A DNA stretch of 63,217 bases, counting the filler, from Choristocarpus tenellus KU-1152 (taxonomy: Eukaryota > Protista > Phaeophyceae), in the NCBI GenBank assembly GCA_964200185.2. It is 5 parts of 5 records of this genome, joined end to end, with 100 filler letters (N's around TTAATTAATTAA, not from the genome) between each part and the next. Parts side by side here need not be neighbours in the genome. Positions count along the whole stretch, not along the records: positions 46,335 to 55,341 come from CAXNAD020004090.1; positions 55,442 to 58,794 come from CAXNAD020020602.1; positions 58,895 to 63,217 come from CAXNAD020015115.1; 2 more parts are not named here. One strand, 5' to 3'. Positions 52,655 through 63,217 of the stretch are shown in pieces; the first letter of the stretch is position 1, and every line of letters starts with the position of its first letter. The notes below the pieces were generated by a model. That model searched no databases and was not told where the DNA came from. It worked only from the letters and a program-made list of their open reading frames with translations. A program made the translations under genes and the position numbers.

Positions 52655-54829
52655 ACAAACATACACAGATCCCTTGAGTCGACACTCCCACTCTCCAAGT
52701 GCTCATTATTTGTGTGATCGCATTTACAACCAAACATTGCTTTCTTTCTGCCCCCTCACGCCCATCCTTGTGCAGCACACTCAACATTGCCCTGGACTTG
52801 CTCATGTTTGATGAAGCTCTTCCTAAGGGGGGGTGGCTGGACTGCACTCACCCCAAGAACGGAACCTGTAAGTTCCACCCAGCTTTAGATTCAGCAGGCA
52901 TGAGGGAGGGCGGAAACAAGGTCGGAAGTAACACAACTTCGGAAGCAAGGCCTGCCTCCTTGTCAAATTTTGAAGTTGGTGCAGAAGGAGGAACTGAAGG
53001 CAATATGTCAGGGTTGGGGGTGAGGTTGTCCTTTGTGAGAACCACATATGAATATATTGTGGCAAAAGAGTCAAACCTTGAGAAGACTCTAGCCCATGCT
53101 CTATCAGGGAAGGAAACGTGGATACCACTCTTGGGAAAAGAAAGTGTAAGGTCAGGACGCAAACAAAAGAGATTTGTAGCAACCAGCAAGGCCAACACCC
53201 GAGATCAAGTGCTCAACTTTGATGACCTGGTTCAATACGCCTTGAAACAGCACCCACGCAGTAAATGGCAGTCTGGAGAGGGGGGTGGGATATTGAAGAT
53301 GCTCTGTGAGGGAGTGGATCCGCCATGTTCACATTTGGTGTGATTTGGATGTGCACACACTATCCCCTTACACATTGTTATAACCCTAGTAAATTCAGCT
53401 GGCAGGACCACCCTCAGGCCATCTTGCTCTTCCCGAAGACTCCTTCTTTCATAGTCGTATTATACTGCTGACCAAATCGGTCTCTCTTCTTTGTTTCCTG
53501 ATCTGAAGATAGAAGCCTTTTCAAAATGCCAAAGGAGACAGATCCAATATTTTACTTTCGTTACTAACTTGAAGTACTCCGAGTTACATACTATTTAATG
53601 CACACTGACACTTTGCACATGATGTCAGGGGGGGAGAAATAACAACTTTAGGTACCAGCGTTTATTGAACAGAAAGTATTGAGAGGAATAATGTGGAGGT
53701 TCAAAGGAGTGTATAAAATATGGTTCAAGTTTAGTTTGGGGGTATTGGTGTATGACTAAAGCAAATCATTGACGGCACACGTGGATTTACTTCTACTGTC
53801 TAAGGACCAATGCACAGCGTCATGTTTGAAGGGCGTTATGTTCAATGAGGTGAATCAAAATCGGAACCATATTTTGTTGTCGGCAATGCAGCGACTTTCC
53901 CAGCAGCCAGTCAAATTGCGTTTCAATTTATTCATGTGGAGGTGTTCGCTGCCATGATGTTGTACTTGTATGTATCATTCTGTAGGCTGCATGTTGAAGT
54001 TGGAGGAAAGGATATGTAGTGGACATTACCAATACAACTTTCAATAATGTTATAGAGGTGCTATATTAATAATGTTGTAAATAATTGACTCCAGTCTTTG
54101 ATGTCCTGCGAGAAGGAAAATAGACTAGAGGAAAAATGAGAAATTTCATTGATCTAAATGCGTACATACTTACGTACATACTGGGAAGCTGATCAATGAC
54201 CTCACCAATAGCCAAAAGGGTTGTGGTAGATATCGGCTATCCCAGATCCAGGAGTATCTCACTCTGCAACAGCTATAATATGGGCTGCTTATGATTGTTG
54301 CTGATCATACGAGAAATACCCTAAAAAATTGTGACTAGAAGAAATTCCAGTAAGAGTACTGAACAATGAAAGTAGATCACAGGTAATACATTCCCTTTAT
54401 CTAGACAATCCTTGTCGTAATACAGTCCAAGGATGCTTTAGCTTCACTCAAGTTTTGTGTCGATGGGTCATGAACAATCACATTGGGGAAGGAGGTACAC
54501 CTGTAGTACAGTTGTGGGCGGGCACTACATAAACTCGTACTACTTTTTTACTAGTTCATATTATTTGATGGCGACTAAAAAGTTTTGTTGACTTGAGTAG
54601 AAAAATACCTCTGGCATGTTGCTACATCTACCAGTCCGTACTTCAAGATCTTTCCTCCAAATTTCTCACCACCTAGTGTAAGTCTTTCATAGTAAGAATC
54701 GTTCGTAAGGATGTACAGTGTTTTTTCTACGCAGTTGAGGTAGCAGTGTGCCTACGCTCCTTCACAGAAAGGTCGCGTTTCAAACCCCCATTATGGTCAG
54801 ATTTTCTTGGTAGGAAATTTGGCTTTGAT

Positions 54830-55281
54830 GGATCATGTTGCATGTGCGTTGGAAACGTGAACCTGTACCTTACTATCTTGCACTAAACCACAAAAAGAGA
54901 CACGGGAGATCTGGATCGATGTGGAAAAGATTCGTTGTGGATGGGATGATGAGTATGCGCCAGAATCGAGGGGGAGACAGAGTGGTAAGAGAAGCAAGAC
55001 AGCTGAACCCAACCCGTGAGAAACAATCGAGGTATGTCCAGGGAAGTGTGCATTTAGCTGTAGAGCTACACCGATGCTTGACAAGGAATCTCAATTGGTA
55101 CAACGGTATATGGCATACGGCAATAACGGTGTAAGAACAGACAAACATGCTTTCCACATATTATAGTGTTTTCACATTTTATGATATTTTATTTCCTTAG
55201 GGCTTATACTGACATATGCATAGTTTTCATTTGTTTCCCCCCTGACACATCTCTAAAATTTCACAGGGCATAATAATAATA
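54830..55281 (+). mobile_element. 3' end of a related LINE/SINE ending in gggca(taa)n
   Basis: 55170-55281 resembles the reverse complement of 17444-17565 and 44861-44990. 55080-55145 resembles the reverse complement of 44520-44592. Confidence 0.55.
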
Positions 55282-55341
55282 AAAATATTTGTGGAAAGTA
55301 GAGTTAACAGAGGATTTTCAAAATTGGGGATGGAGCGGGAC

Positions 55342-55441
55342 NNNNNNNNNNNNNNNNNNNNNNNNNNNNNNNNNNNNNNNNNNNNTTAATTAATTAANNN
55401 NNNNNNNNNNNNNNNNNNNNNNNNNNNNNNNNNNNNNNNNN
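55342..55441. other. Artificial assembly linker
   Basis: Same construct. Confidence 0.97.
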
Positions 55442-55507
55442 AAAATACCAACATTGGATTTTGGCCCCCAAATGGACGCAGCCCTACCCTCTAAGATACT
55501 TTGACTC
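55442..55507. mobile_element. MITE family B, right end (partial, after gap)
   Basis: ggcccccaaatggacg...ctaccctctaagatactttgactc. Confidence 0.8.
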
Positions 55508-55888
55508 ATTGGTAACATGAGACCAAACAGATCAAGTTTAGACAAACAAGCACTATTTTTCAGGATTTTTCCGTCCTAATTTTGTCATGTACCACGTCAA
55601 ATATAGGGCCGGCAAACCCTGCCTGATGGATTCCTGCCAAGACCACAGCTCACGGGTGTATATTTTCCTGCAACAATTTTTTTTTTCTGTTTGCGAATGT
55701 TGTGTAGCTGCGGAAGATGAGAAGGTCACCATTATACTTGACGAATTGCGCCTGTACCCTTCCTCGAAAGATAAGTGACGGCACTACACACGTGCTGCAG
55801 AGGTGATCAGAGTACAGACTGAACAATGCATTTCTGCACGGCCATTGATGATGACACACGCTTTTCATAGTAGTGTTGGCCAACTGTT

Positions 55889-56145
55889 GAGTGAAAGTAT
55901 CTTAGAGGGTACGAGTTTTGCCGTGTTTGTCAATTTAGCGCTTGACTTCCCACGGGTTTTTTATGACAATTTCCTAATCCGAAATGTCTTGGAGTAGGTA
56001 TTATGAATACGTTATGAGAAGGTTTGTCCGAACAGGGATATTGACACTTCCGAACAAACACGATAGCCAAAATTACATCAAAATCACAACATTGGATTTT
56101 GGCCCCCAAATGGACGCGGCTCTACCCTCGAAGATACTTTGGCTC
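55889..56145. mobile_element. MITE family B (257 bp), no TSD visible
   Basis: TIRs gagtgaaagtatcttagagggta and taccctcgaagatactttggctc. Confidence 0.85.
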
Positions 56146-58024
56146 AAAAAGGAAAAGAAGATCATGAATAGTCCAACACCACTTTTTCTCAACATCTCAA
56201 AACTGTTCAACCCCAAGGCGGAGACACAAGCCCAGGCAACAGTTGGGAAACCAGAAAATACAAAAAAAGGTGCCAAGAAGGTCAAGGTGGAGGATGCTGA
56301 AGTGGTGAGCTCCTTCCCCCTCAACATAATAAATGGAGTATGCTTGAATCGCCAATCGTTGTCAATGACTCTAATGCCCCCAACACCCCCAATGCCCTCA
56401 TTCCCCCCTATGTGTTGTGGAGATGTGTGTAGCAATTGTGGTCTGAAGTCCTAGCACCAGGTGGTACTGCGACACGCACTTCTGTTGAGACAAATTGATA
56501 GATCCATCAGAGTGTTGATGCACTCCTTGTCTCTCCGCCGAGCTATTCCTTGTATCTGTCTACGAAAATAGAGAGCTGAGTGTCCTGAAGTGTTAGGGTT
56601 AGGTCTAGAGCAGATAGAACGCACAGTTAGAAGTGCCCCACAAACCGTGGGGTGTCTCACACTTCTTGGTACTGTGCTTTGTAGTCCTTGGTACAATTAT
56701 CCACGGATAATACTCAACCAAAGTAGTACATACTATTAAGGCAACAGTGCAGTCTTGCTCCAGTGAACATGGTAAGGACACATCACCAACACACATGTCC
56801 GTCCTCCAAGCTCTTGAAAGTGCTCAGGTATAAAAAATAACAATAGATTTAACAACAATTATTCTATCCTTTTGTGTTTTAATTTTTTCTCTCGAGTTAG
56901 GTGCAACTCTGCAGGCGATGTTGTTGTGAAACTAATGGAAGAAGTGGCCAATCCAATAAAGTGCTCCCTATCACACCCTATGTCCTGCTGGTTGTGATAG
57001 GCAGGTTCACTAGGTACCTGACGATGTGTGCGATCAGCATCAGGTGACCATGCGTCATCCACAACTGCAGAACAAAGTAGTGAATCTTGTACAAGCAGTA
57101 AATTATTTCTTTTTTTTCACTCCAGAAGTTGTTCAAGTACATACAACAGGAGACGAGTGTCTTCAGACAAATACATCATGCTCTCCTGCAAGGACATGTG
57201 GCGCAATGTGGTACATCAACGAGTTCTTCTGAACTCAACTTTTTAGTGGACATTTGGAGGGGGTGAAGAGCCCTAACCCTGGCATATTGCTGACGAACAT
57301 CTAGCTCAATTTATCAATCAATGCTTAAGTGTAGTAATAAATAAACCTTCCTGGATTCAACATTGCTTTGTTTGTCATTTCTTTTATGGATGAGTGCAGG
57401 TTGTGGAAAAGGTATCTCCACTGGTGTCTGCATGTGATTTGGTGCTTGACTATGCAAAGGTAAGATAGTTGTGGCCATAAAAAAAAAACATATATCCCAC
57501 AATTGGCGATACCCCTTCGAACACTTGGAATATACACATAAGCACTCTGCATTGCACTTGACTACTAGATAGCACTCAGTATTTATTTCTAAAGTATGAT
57601 TCCTACCAATTGGGACCTGAGCTAAGGCTATGCTAGGCTTGGTTGTCGGGAAGTTGTGGGAGTGTCAAGAGGTCCTTCTCAATAGTCGCCACGATTGATG
57701 CTCAGTACAAGAAATGGTAACTATGTCCTTGAAATAGAAATTATCGGCATTTATTCTCTGCTAGTATAAACACAGATATTGCTACTAGCAGTAGAGCTCC
57801 AAGACATATATTGATAAATACGTCAGTTAATTGGAATGCATAGGTGAAATGCCCAGAAAACACACACACAACTTGTAATGGTAGGGATCAATATCCACTC
57901 TTGGAGTCAGACTCTGTGCTCAGTACCCCTGATCAGGTCATGTCAGGTCATGTACTTGTGTTCCCACTACAATGTTACATAATGAACTCACTCATCAATA
58001 AACTGATCTCAGCAGGTGTTTTTT

Positions 58025-58074
58025 GGGATATATATGGTCTTTTTCGGGATATATATGGTCTTTTTCAGGATATG
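58025..58074. repeat. 21-bp tandem repeat gggatatatatggtctttttc, about 2.3 copies
   Basis: Direct reading. Confidence 0.85.
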
Positions 58075-58794
58075 AACCCTCCTCGAGCAATCATGTCTCT
58101 ACCATAGATCAGTTTCAATTTATTATTAAAAAAAAAATGTTCTACATACAACGCCTCCATGGCGTAGTTCCCTTCAAAGCACACCCACATGTTGATTTTA
58201 TTTTCTAAAATATCTTTTTTCACAACAACCTGTTCCCATCATAAACACTAAATGCGTCCTCGTCGATGAGAGTCGCCTGCCCAGGTTTGAACAGTAGACG
58301 TCACCCTCTGAATGAAACGTATGTGCAGGGAATCAAATGTATTGTTTTTATTTTTTTTCTGTACCAATTTCGTAACTATTGACAAACCAGATGCCAACGC
58401 TTGTTTTTAAATGCTGCACCTCGAAAAACACAGAACCAATATTACTTGGGGGGTAACGCAATTGGTGCTACTGTGTTTACGCTCCTTCCTCCCACTAACT
58501 TACTGTTGTGGTCGGTTCCAAACCTTTCAAGGATTTAATTTTTTACAGCATCTTACATGGCCATATCAACAATCAGCCAACACCGCATGGCCATACCAAG
58601 CCTAGGAGAGAGGATCAGTCTAGCATCAGGCAATGCCAAAGTATATATATATATATATATCTGGGGATAGCAATACTGATCTCGTTTATGACACCATACG
58701 CAAGCGTTGTAACTGTTACCACCTTTTGATACCACTCCACTCACCATATTTGTGAACAGCAATGGGGGCCCGAGCTCTTTGCCACCCCCATCAC

Positions 58795-58894
58795 NNNNNN
58801 NNNNNNNNNNNNNNNNNNNNNNNNNNNNNNNNNNNNNNTTAATTAATTAANNNNNNNNNNNNNNNNNNNNNNNNNNNNNNNNNNNNNNNNNNNN
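58795..58894. other. Artificial assembly linker
   Basis: Same construct. Confidence 0.97.
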
Positions 58895-59898
58895 CTGGTG
58901 ATGGACTCGCCGCTCTCTTCCTGCTTTCCTGAGGCGGCAGAGACTGCAGAGCAGTGCTCCGACGTGGTTGAAGATCCAACGACGTTTGTGTGGTTTGTGT
59001 GGTAATGCTTTCCATGCATCTTCTCTTAGCATCAGCGTCGCAGCCCCTTGATCCATTGCGCTATTTGATAAGGCTGCTGCGCCACACTACTCGCACTTTC
59101 TCGTCACCTAACATCGCACTGAGTGTCACACGGTACTTGTTTTTCGGTTGCCTCTCGACAAAGAAGGTGCTGAGGGTAGATCCAGGGGGCAGAGTGGCCT
59201 GGGTGGCTCTCCTTGTCTCACCCGTCATGGTTCATTTTGCTGTATTAATCACGCGTGTGTGTGCTCACAGAAAGTTTGCAAAAGGCGTTAAAAAGAAATC
59301 TGGAAACCGTGAGTTTTTTTTCAGTATGGCCACACCGGCCAAACTTGGGCAGCGACGTAACCCAGACCAGGTTTTTGCGGGGAATTCAGCCAACCACTTC
59401 ATTTTTGTCCGTTTTGAAGTCATATCCTTCAAAATTGCGCCGGAGATATTCCCCCGCGTTTTTGTCATTGTTTGATGGGGACATAGCTCCCGTTCTCCGA
59501 AGCCTGGGCATTCGTGGATACAAACCTTAAGAAGCTCTTGTCATACCCTTCATTTGATATATACATTGGCGTAAAACTGTTGCGGCGTTCCAGTGAAAAA
59601 AAATACGATAGCCACACATAGGGCGAAGCTACTGGTACCACCTTACTTCAAATACATAATTCCTCCGTTCGGAATTAAATGAAACATAACTTTTACAGGT
59701 CTGATGAAGAAGCAAGACCCCCTTTTTGCTGAAAGTGAAAAGAATGGGTGGATAAAATTAGAAGAGTGGCCTAGTGGGGTGTCTTCTATTGTTTGCTTCT
59801 TTATTATTATTTGTCTCATATGTACGTCAACGGCTGTGTGCAAGTAGTTTAACTGCAATACCAAGCTCCATACATAATTCGGATGCACTATCTCATTA

Positions 59899-60165
59899 GA
59901 GTCAAAGTATTTTAGAGGGTAGAGCCGCGTCCGCTTGGGGGTCATAATCCAAAGTTACGATTTTGATGTAATTTTGTCTATCGTGTTTGTTAGGAAGGGT
60001 CAATATACTTTTTCCGGACATATACATGATACCTACTCCAAAACGTATACATTTTAATTCTCCGAAACATTTCGGAGTAGGAAAATGCCATAAAAAAACC
60101 GTGGGAAGCCAAGCCCCAAACGGACAAACAGGGAAAAACTCGTACCCTCTAAGATACTTTAACTC
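59899..60165. mobile_element. MITE family B (267 bp, reversed)
   Basis: TIRs as in the other B copies; TSD atta/atta. Confidence 0.88.
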
Positions 60166-60176
60166 ATTAGTTGCAT

Positions 60177-60463
60177 TGTTAGAACACTAACAAACCCTGG
60201 ATCGAATCCCAGCATGGTTACATGGTTACATGATTACACATCCGTCAAAAGGCTAAACACGCCGCCAGGATACACAACCTCACATTAGTAACTGCCCCGC
60301 CGAAGTTGGTCGCTGATTAGAGGGATAGCAACCCTCTGGCGAAACCTCATCAAGTTTAACAGCTTGCAATCCCCGGGATTACCTTTTGTTAGAACACTAG
60401 TAAACCCCTGTGTCTACCGAACTACCTGCTTGGTAGACACAGGGGTTTACTATTGTTCTAACA
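60177..60463. mobile_element. Solo-LTR-like element (287 bp) with TGTTAG...CTAACA termini and an internal terminal hairpin
   Basis: Inverted termini tgttagaaca/tgttctaaca. Flanks tgcat (60172-60176) and tacat (60464-60468) form a 5-bp TSD with one mismatch. No PPT or PBS is adjacent. Confidence 0.55.
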
Positions 60464-60639
60464 TACATCACATGGACTCAATAATGCAACGCAATAATCT
60501 CCACATACACAAAATAGGGTACATCCTACCATTGTCCTATTTTGTACTCTCTCCCATGAGAGTGGAAATAAAAGAACGTATATTGCTTCAGCTCTCACAC
60601 ACATGACATTAACCTTATCAACACAGTGTCTACGAAGTC

Positions 60640-63160
60640 TTCTACCTGCTTCTTTCATAATCTTTTTGTCAAGATGTCTGCAAGTTGAAGTGCTGTGGGT
60701 ATATGCTTCACTGATTCCCTGGCTGACATACTTCCTGGTGCATTTTAGCCTGATGTCGACATGTCTTGTCTTTCCACTGAATCCTTCAGTCGTCCCTGCT
60801 TGGATTGCACATCAGTTGTCCCCATACCAAGTCGTGACCCCTTGGGGTATGCCCAGCTCCCCCAGGATTCCTCCGAGGATTGCCGCATGTCTCATTCCAT
60901 GGACCATTGCTGCTCATTCCGCTTCTGAGGAAGGTGTGGTTACAGCTCCTTGTATCTTGGATTTCCATGCAATTGGTGCTCCATTCATTAGGATTAGATA
61001 CCCCGTCACGCTTCGTCTTGAGGCAGTGTCATTGCCCCAGTCTGAATCTCCATACCCAATCAAGAGTGAAAGTATCTTAGAGGGTACGAGTTTTGCCCTG
61101 TTTATCCATTTGGGGCTTGGCTCCCACGGGTTCTAATGACATTTTACCTACTCCATATGCTTCGGAGTAGGTAACATGTATACGTTATAAAAAGGTGTGT
61201 CTGGAACAAGGATATTGACATCTCCTAGTAAATATGATAGCCAAAATTAATCAAAATCGCATCGTTGGATTTTGGCCCCCAAATGCACGTGGCTCTACCC
61301 TCTAAGATACTTTGACTCCAAGCCCCTGTTGTCCAATTCACCACCAGCACGATAGTGTGCCTACTTTATGGTGCCTGCAAGGTATCGTAGAGCATGTTGC
61401 AGCCCTTTCCAGTGTCGATGGCATGGAGATATAGCGTATCTTCCCAGCTCCCGCACACTGTTGGACAGGTCTGGTTGTATTATGCCAGCTGGGAACGTAA
61501 GTTTCCCCAAAATGGTGCGGTAGCGTCTGTACCTCTGGTCCAGCTCCTCGTCAGTTCTCCTTGGGGTCAGGTCCATCCCCACGTTTAAGGGTGATGAGGT
61601 ACTCCGTACTTCTTTCGATCTCTCATTCCCTCTCAAACAATGCCCTCTATGTAGAAACGTCGGTCCAGTGTGATGCCAGCCCCGTCCCAGTTGATTGCCA
61701 CCCCGACTAATTTGCCTGCGGTCCCGAGGTCTTGTCCCTCGTACTTGGCCAGCAGACTGTTCTTCATCCGCTTTATTTCCTCATTGAAGTCTCCGGTCAA
61801 CAAGATGCCATCCACATAGTAGAAGAGAACAGCAACCTGACTAACCCCACTCCCTTTCACATGCAGGTAGGCATCGAAGTCGCTGACACTCCACCCCTCA
61901 TCTAATATTGAACCTTTTAGCTCCCTGTACCAATCCATTACTGAATTGCTTAAGGCCATAGATGGCACTGGCAGCTTTCACGATGGACCCGTTGGGCAAT
62001 TGTAGCCATACATCCTCAGGGAGTGGTGCGTTCAGGTAGGCTTGAATGAAGTCTAGGGAGTTGATGACCCAGGTTCTGTTGACTGCTATAGCCAGGACTG
62101 CCCGAATTACGAATTACGTCAAATCCCACCACTGGACTGAATATGCTGAAATAGTCGACCCCTTCTTGCTGGGAAAAACCTCGTGGCATCAGCCTGGCCT
62201 TAAATCCTTCGATGTCTCCATTGGCCGTTCTTTTTATCTTGAAGATAAATCTTCTCTTGACAGGTCTCCTCCCCGGTGGCAGACTCTCTCTTTCGTGGAA
62301 GGATCCTTTCTTTCGTTGACCCTCCATTTCCTGTGCCATTCCTTCCTGCCAGTGCTCTGCATTAGGCCCTGCAAGGGCTTCTGCGATGGTTGATAGTTCT
62401 TGGAGGCCTATCGAGATGTCACCTGCCATGCCCATCAAACAGTAAGCGCCATCATTGTATGCTCTGAGCATATTGTCCATATTCTCTCCTAGATCCTCGA
62501 TATCTCCTGAGTGTAAATCCCTGTAGTCCACCCTGGGATGTTCAGCTATCTACTAGGTGAACTTTTCGAGTTCTTGCTCGCGGGTGTTTGCTCGTGGTAT
62601 CAGATCAGCTGCACTATCAAAATCCCCATCGGATTCTGCATCATTATCAGATATATCGTCATCGTCAGTCAAAGTCATGGTCTCTCACTCCCCCACAAAG
62701 TCCATGGTGTGTTCATCTGGCTCGAACGTCACTTGGGCTGAGGTCACCAGCTTGGTCTCTTGAGGAAGTCAGATGTGTACCAACACAGTGATGTACGATC
62801 GTGTCCCATGATGACATCCCACATGACGTATGGGTGAAACTTTGAACCGACTCCCCTCTGCTGCTTTTTCTGTTGAACATAGCACTCACTCCCCCAGGCC
62901 CGAAGCCTATCATAATTGAAGGATTTGCCCGTTAGATGCTCACATGGTGTCTCTCCTCCCAGGTACTCATGTGGCATGCCTCCAGTTTTGAAGGCGACAT
63001 CTGTGATGGCATAGAACCAGTATTCATCGCCCAGCCCAGCCTTTACCAGTTGACTCCTTGCTGCCCCCATGAGTTGTTTTATCGCCCTTTCCGCAATCCT
63101 ATTGCTCTGCGGTGTTCTCCGTGGGGATTTTCTCCATCTGGTACCGTTGTTCGCCAGCAT
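60640..63160 (-). mobile_element. Ty1/Copia LTR retrotransposon pol (integrase-RT-RNase H), degenerate, interrupted by a MITE at 61064-61318 and truncated by another at 63173
   Basis: Integrase TPQSNRIAER...W..A; RT AEALAGP...W..GM..EM, FIFKIKR..NGDIE.FKARL..RGFSQQEGVDY..IFSPV, YVDGILLTG; RNase H LIGYGDSDWGND...RRSVTGY...IAWKSKIQ..VT..SSEAE, KTRHVDIR. The IN-RT-RH order is Copia-type. Frameshifts and stops are present. Confidence 0.93.
61064..61318. mobile_element. MITE family B (255 bp), inserted at the Copia RT/RNase H junction
   Basis: TIRs gagtgaaagtatcttagagggta and taccctctaagatactttgactc; TSD caa/caa. Confidence 0.9.
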
Positions 63161-63172
63161 CCTTTGAAACTT

Positions 63173-63217
63173 GACCCAGAGTATCTGGGGGGAGAGGGGG
63201 GTCTACACCAGGGTGTC
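63173..63217. mobile_element. MITE family A, left end (partial)
   Basis: gacccagagtatctggggg...gggggtctacaccagggtgtc matches 6964-7013. Confidence 0.8.

Noticed and set aside
55984-56454. 156-aa ORF as a gene; likewise 6688..7095 and 45520..45867
   Set aside because: These ORFs begin in or run through MITE sequence and are probably chance read-throughs.
16467-58894. Recurring TTAATTAATTAA palindrome as a biological motif or piggyBac-type site
   Set aside because: It is always centred in N44...N44, so it is an artificial six-frame-stop linker.
60177-60463. 3' LTR of the adjacent Copia pol
   Set aside because: There is no polypurine tract at the junction and it has its own near-perfect 5-bp TSD. 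Not fully excluded.
6383-63217. Recurrent AGATACTTTG-type repeats as a CRISPR or attC-like array
   Set aside because: The copies are dispersed, inverted-paired and TSD-flanked, with no regular spacers and no cas or integron integrase gene.

Overview
Eukaryotic, intron-rich genomic window. The flagellar gene DRC7 and the gene and repeat style suggest a flagellated alga, possibly a stramenopile or brown-algal relative; this is inference only. Four artificial 100-nt linkers (N44-TTAATTAATTAA-N44) split it into five segments, so linkage across them is not guaranteed. Four spliced genes can be rebuilt by hand: the 3' part of DRC7/CCDC135 (+), a complete ADAT1-type tRNA adenosine deaminase (+), the 3' part of a coiled-coil protein (-) and an SLC17/PHT4-like MFS anion transporter (-) that appears to use two GC-AG introns. 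Much of the rest is nested, decayed mobile DNA: a Ty1/Copia pol, a solo-LTR-like element with a 32-bp hairpin, pieces of a CRE-like RLE LINE with (TAA)n tails, and a possible CxC/HMG/SAP (KDZ/Zisupton-like) relic. The most striking pattern is about 20 full or partial copies of four MITE families. Their interiors largely differ, but they share a G-R-S-Y-S-A-A-A terminus, fall into two length classes (~175-183 and ~255-267 bp) and have target-site duplications of variable length (3, 4 or 5 bp) even within one family. No CRISPR array, rRNA or tRNA gene was recognised. Several stretches (about 25.8-34.9 kb and 50-59.6 kb) remain largely unexplained.
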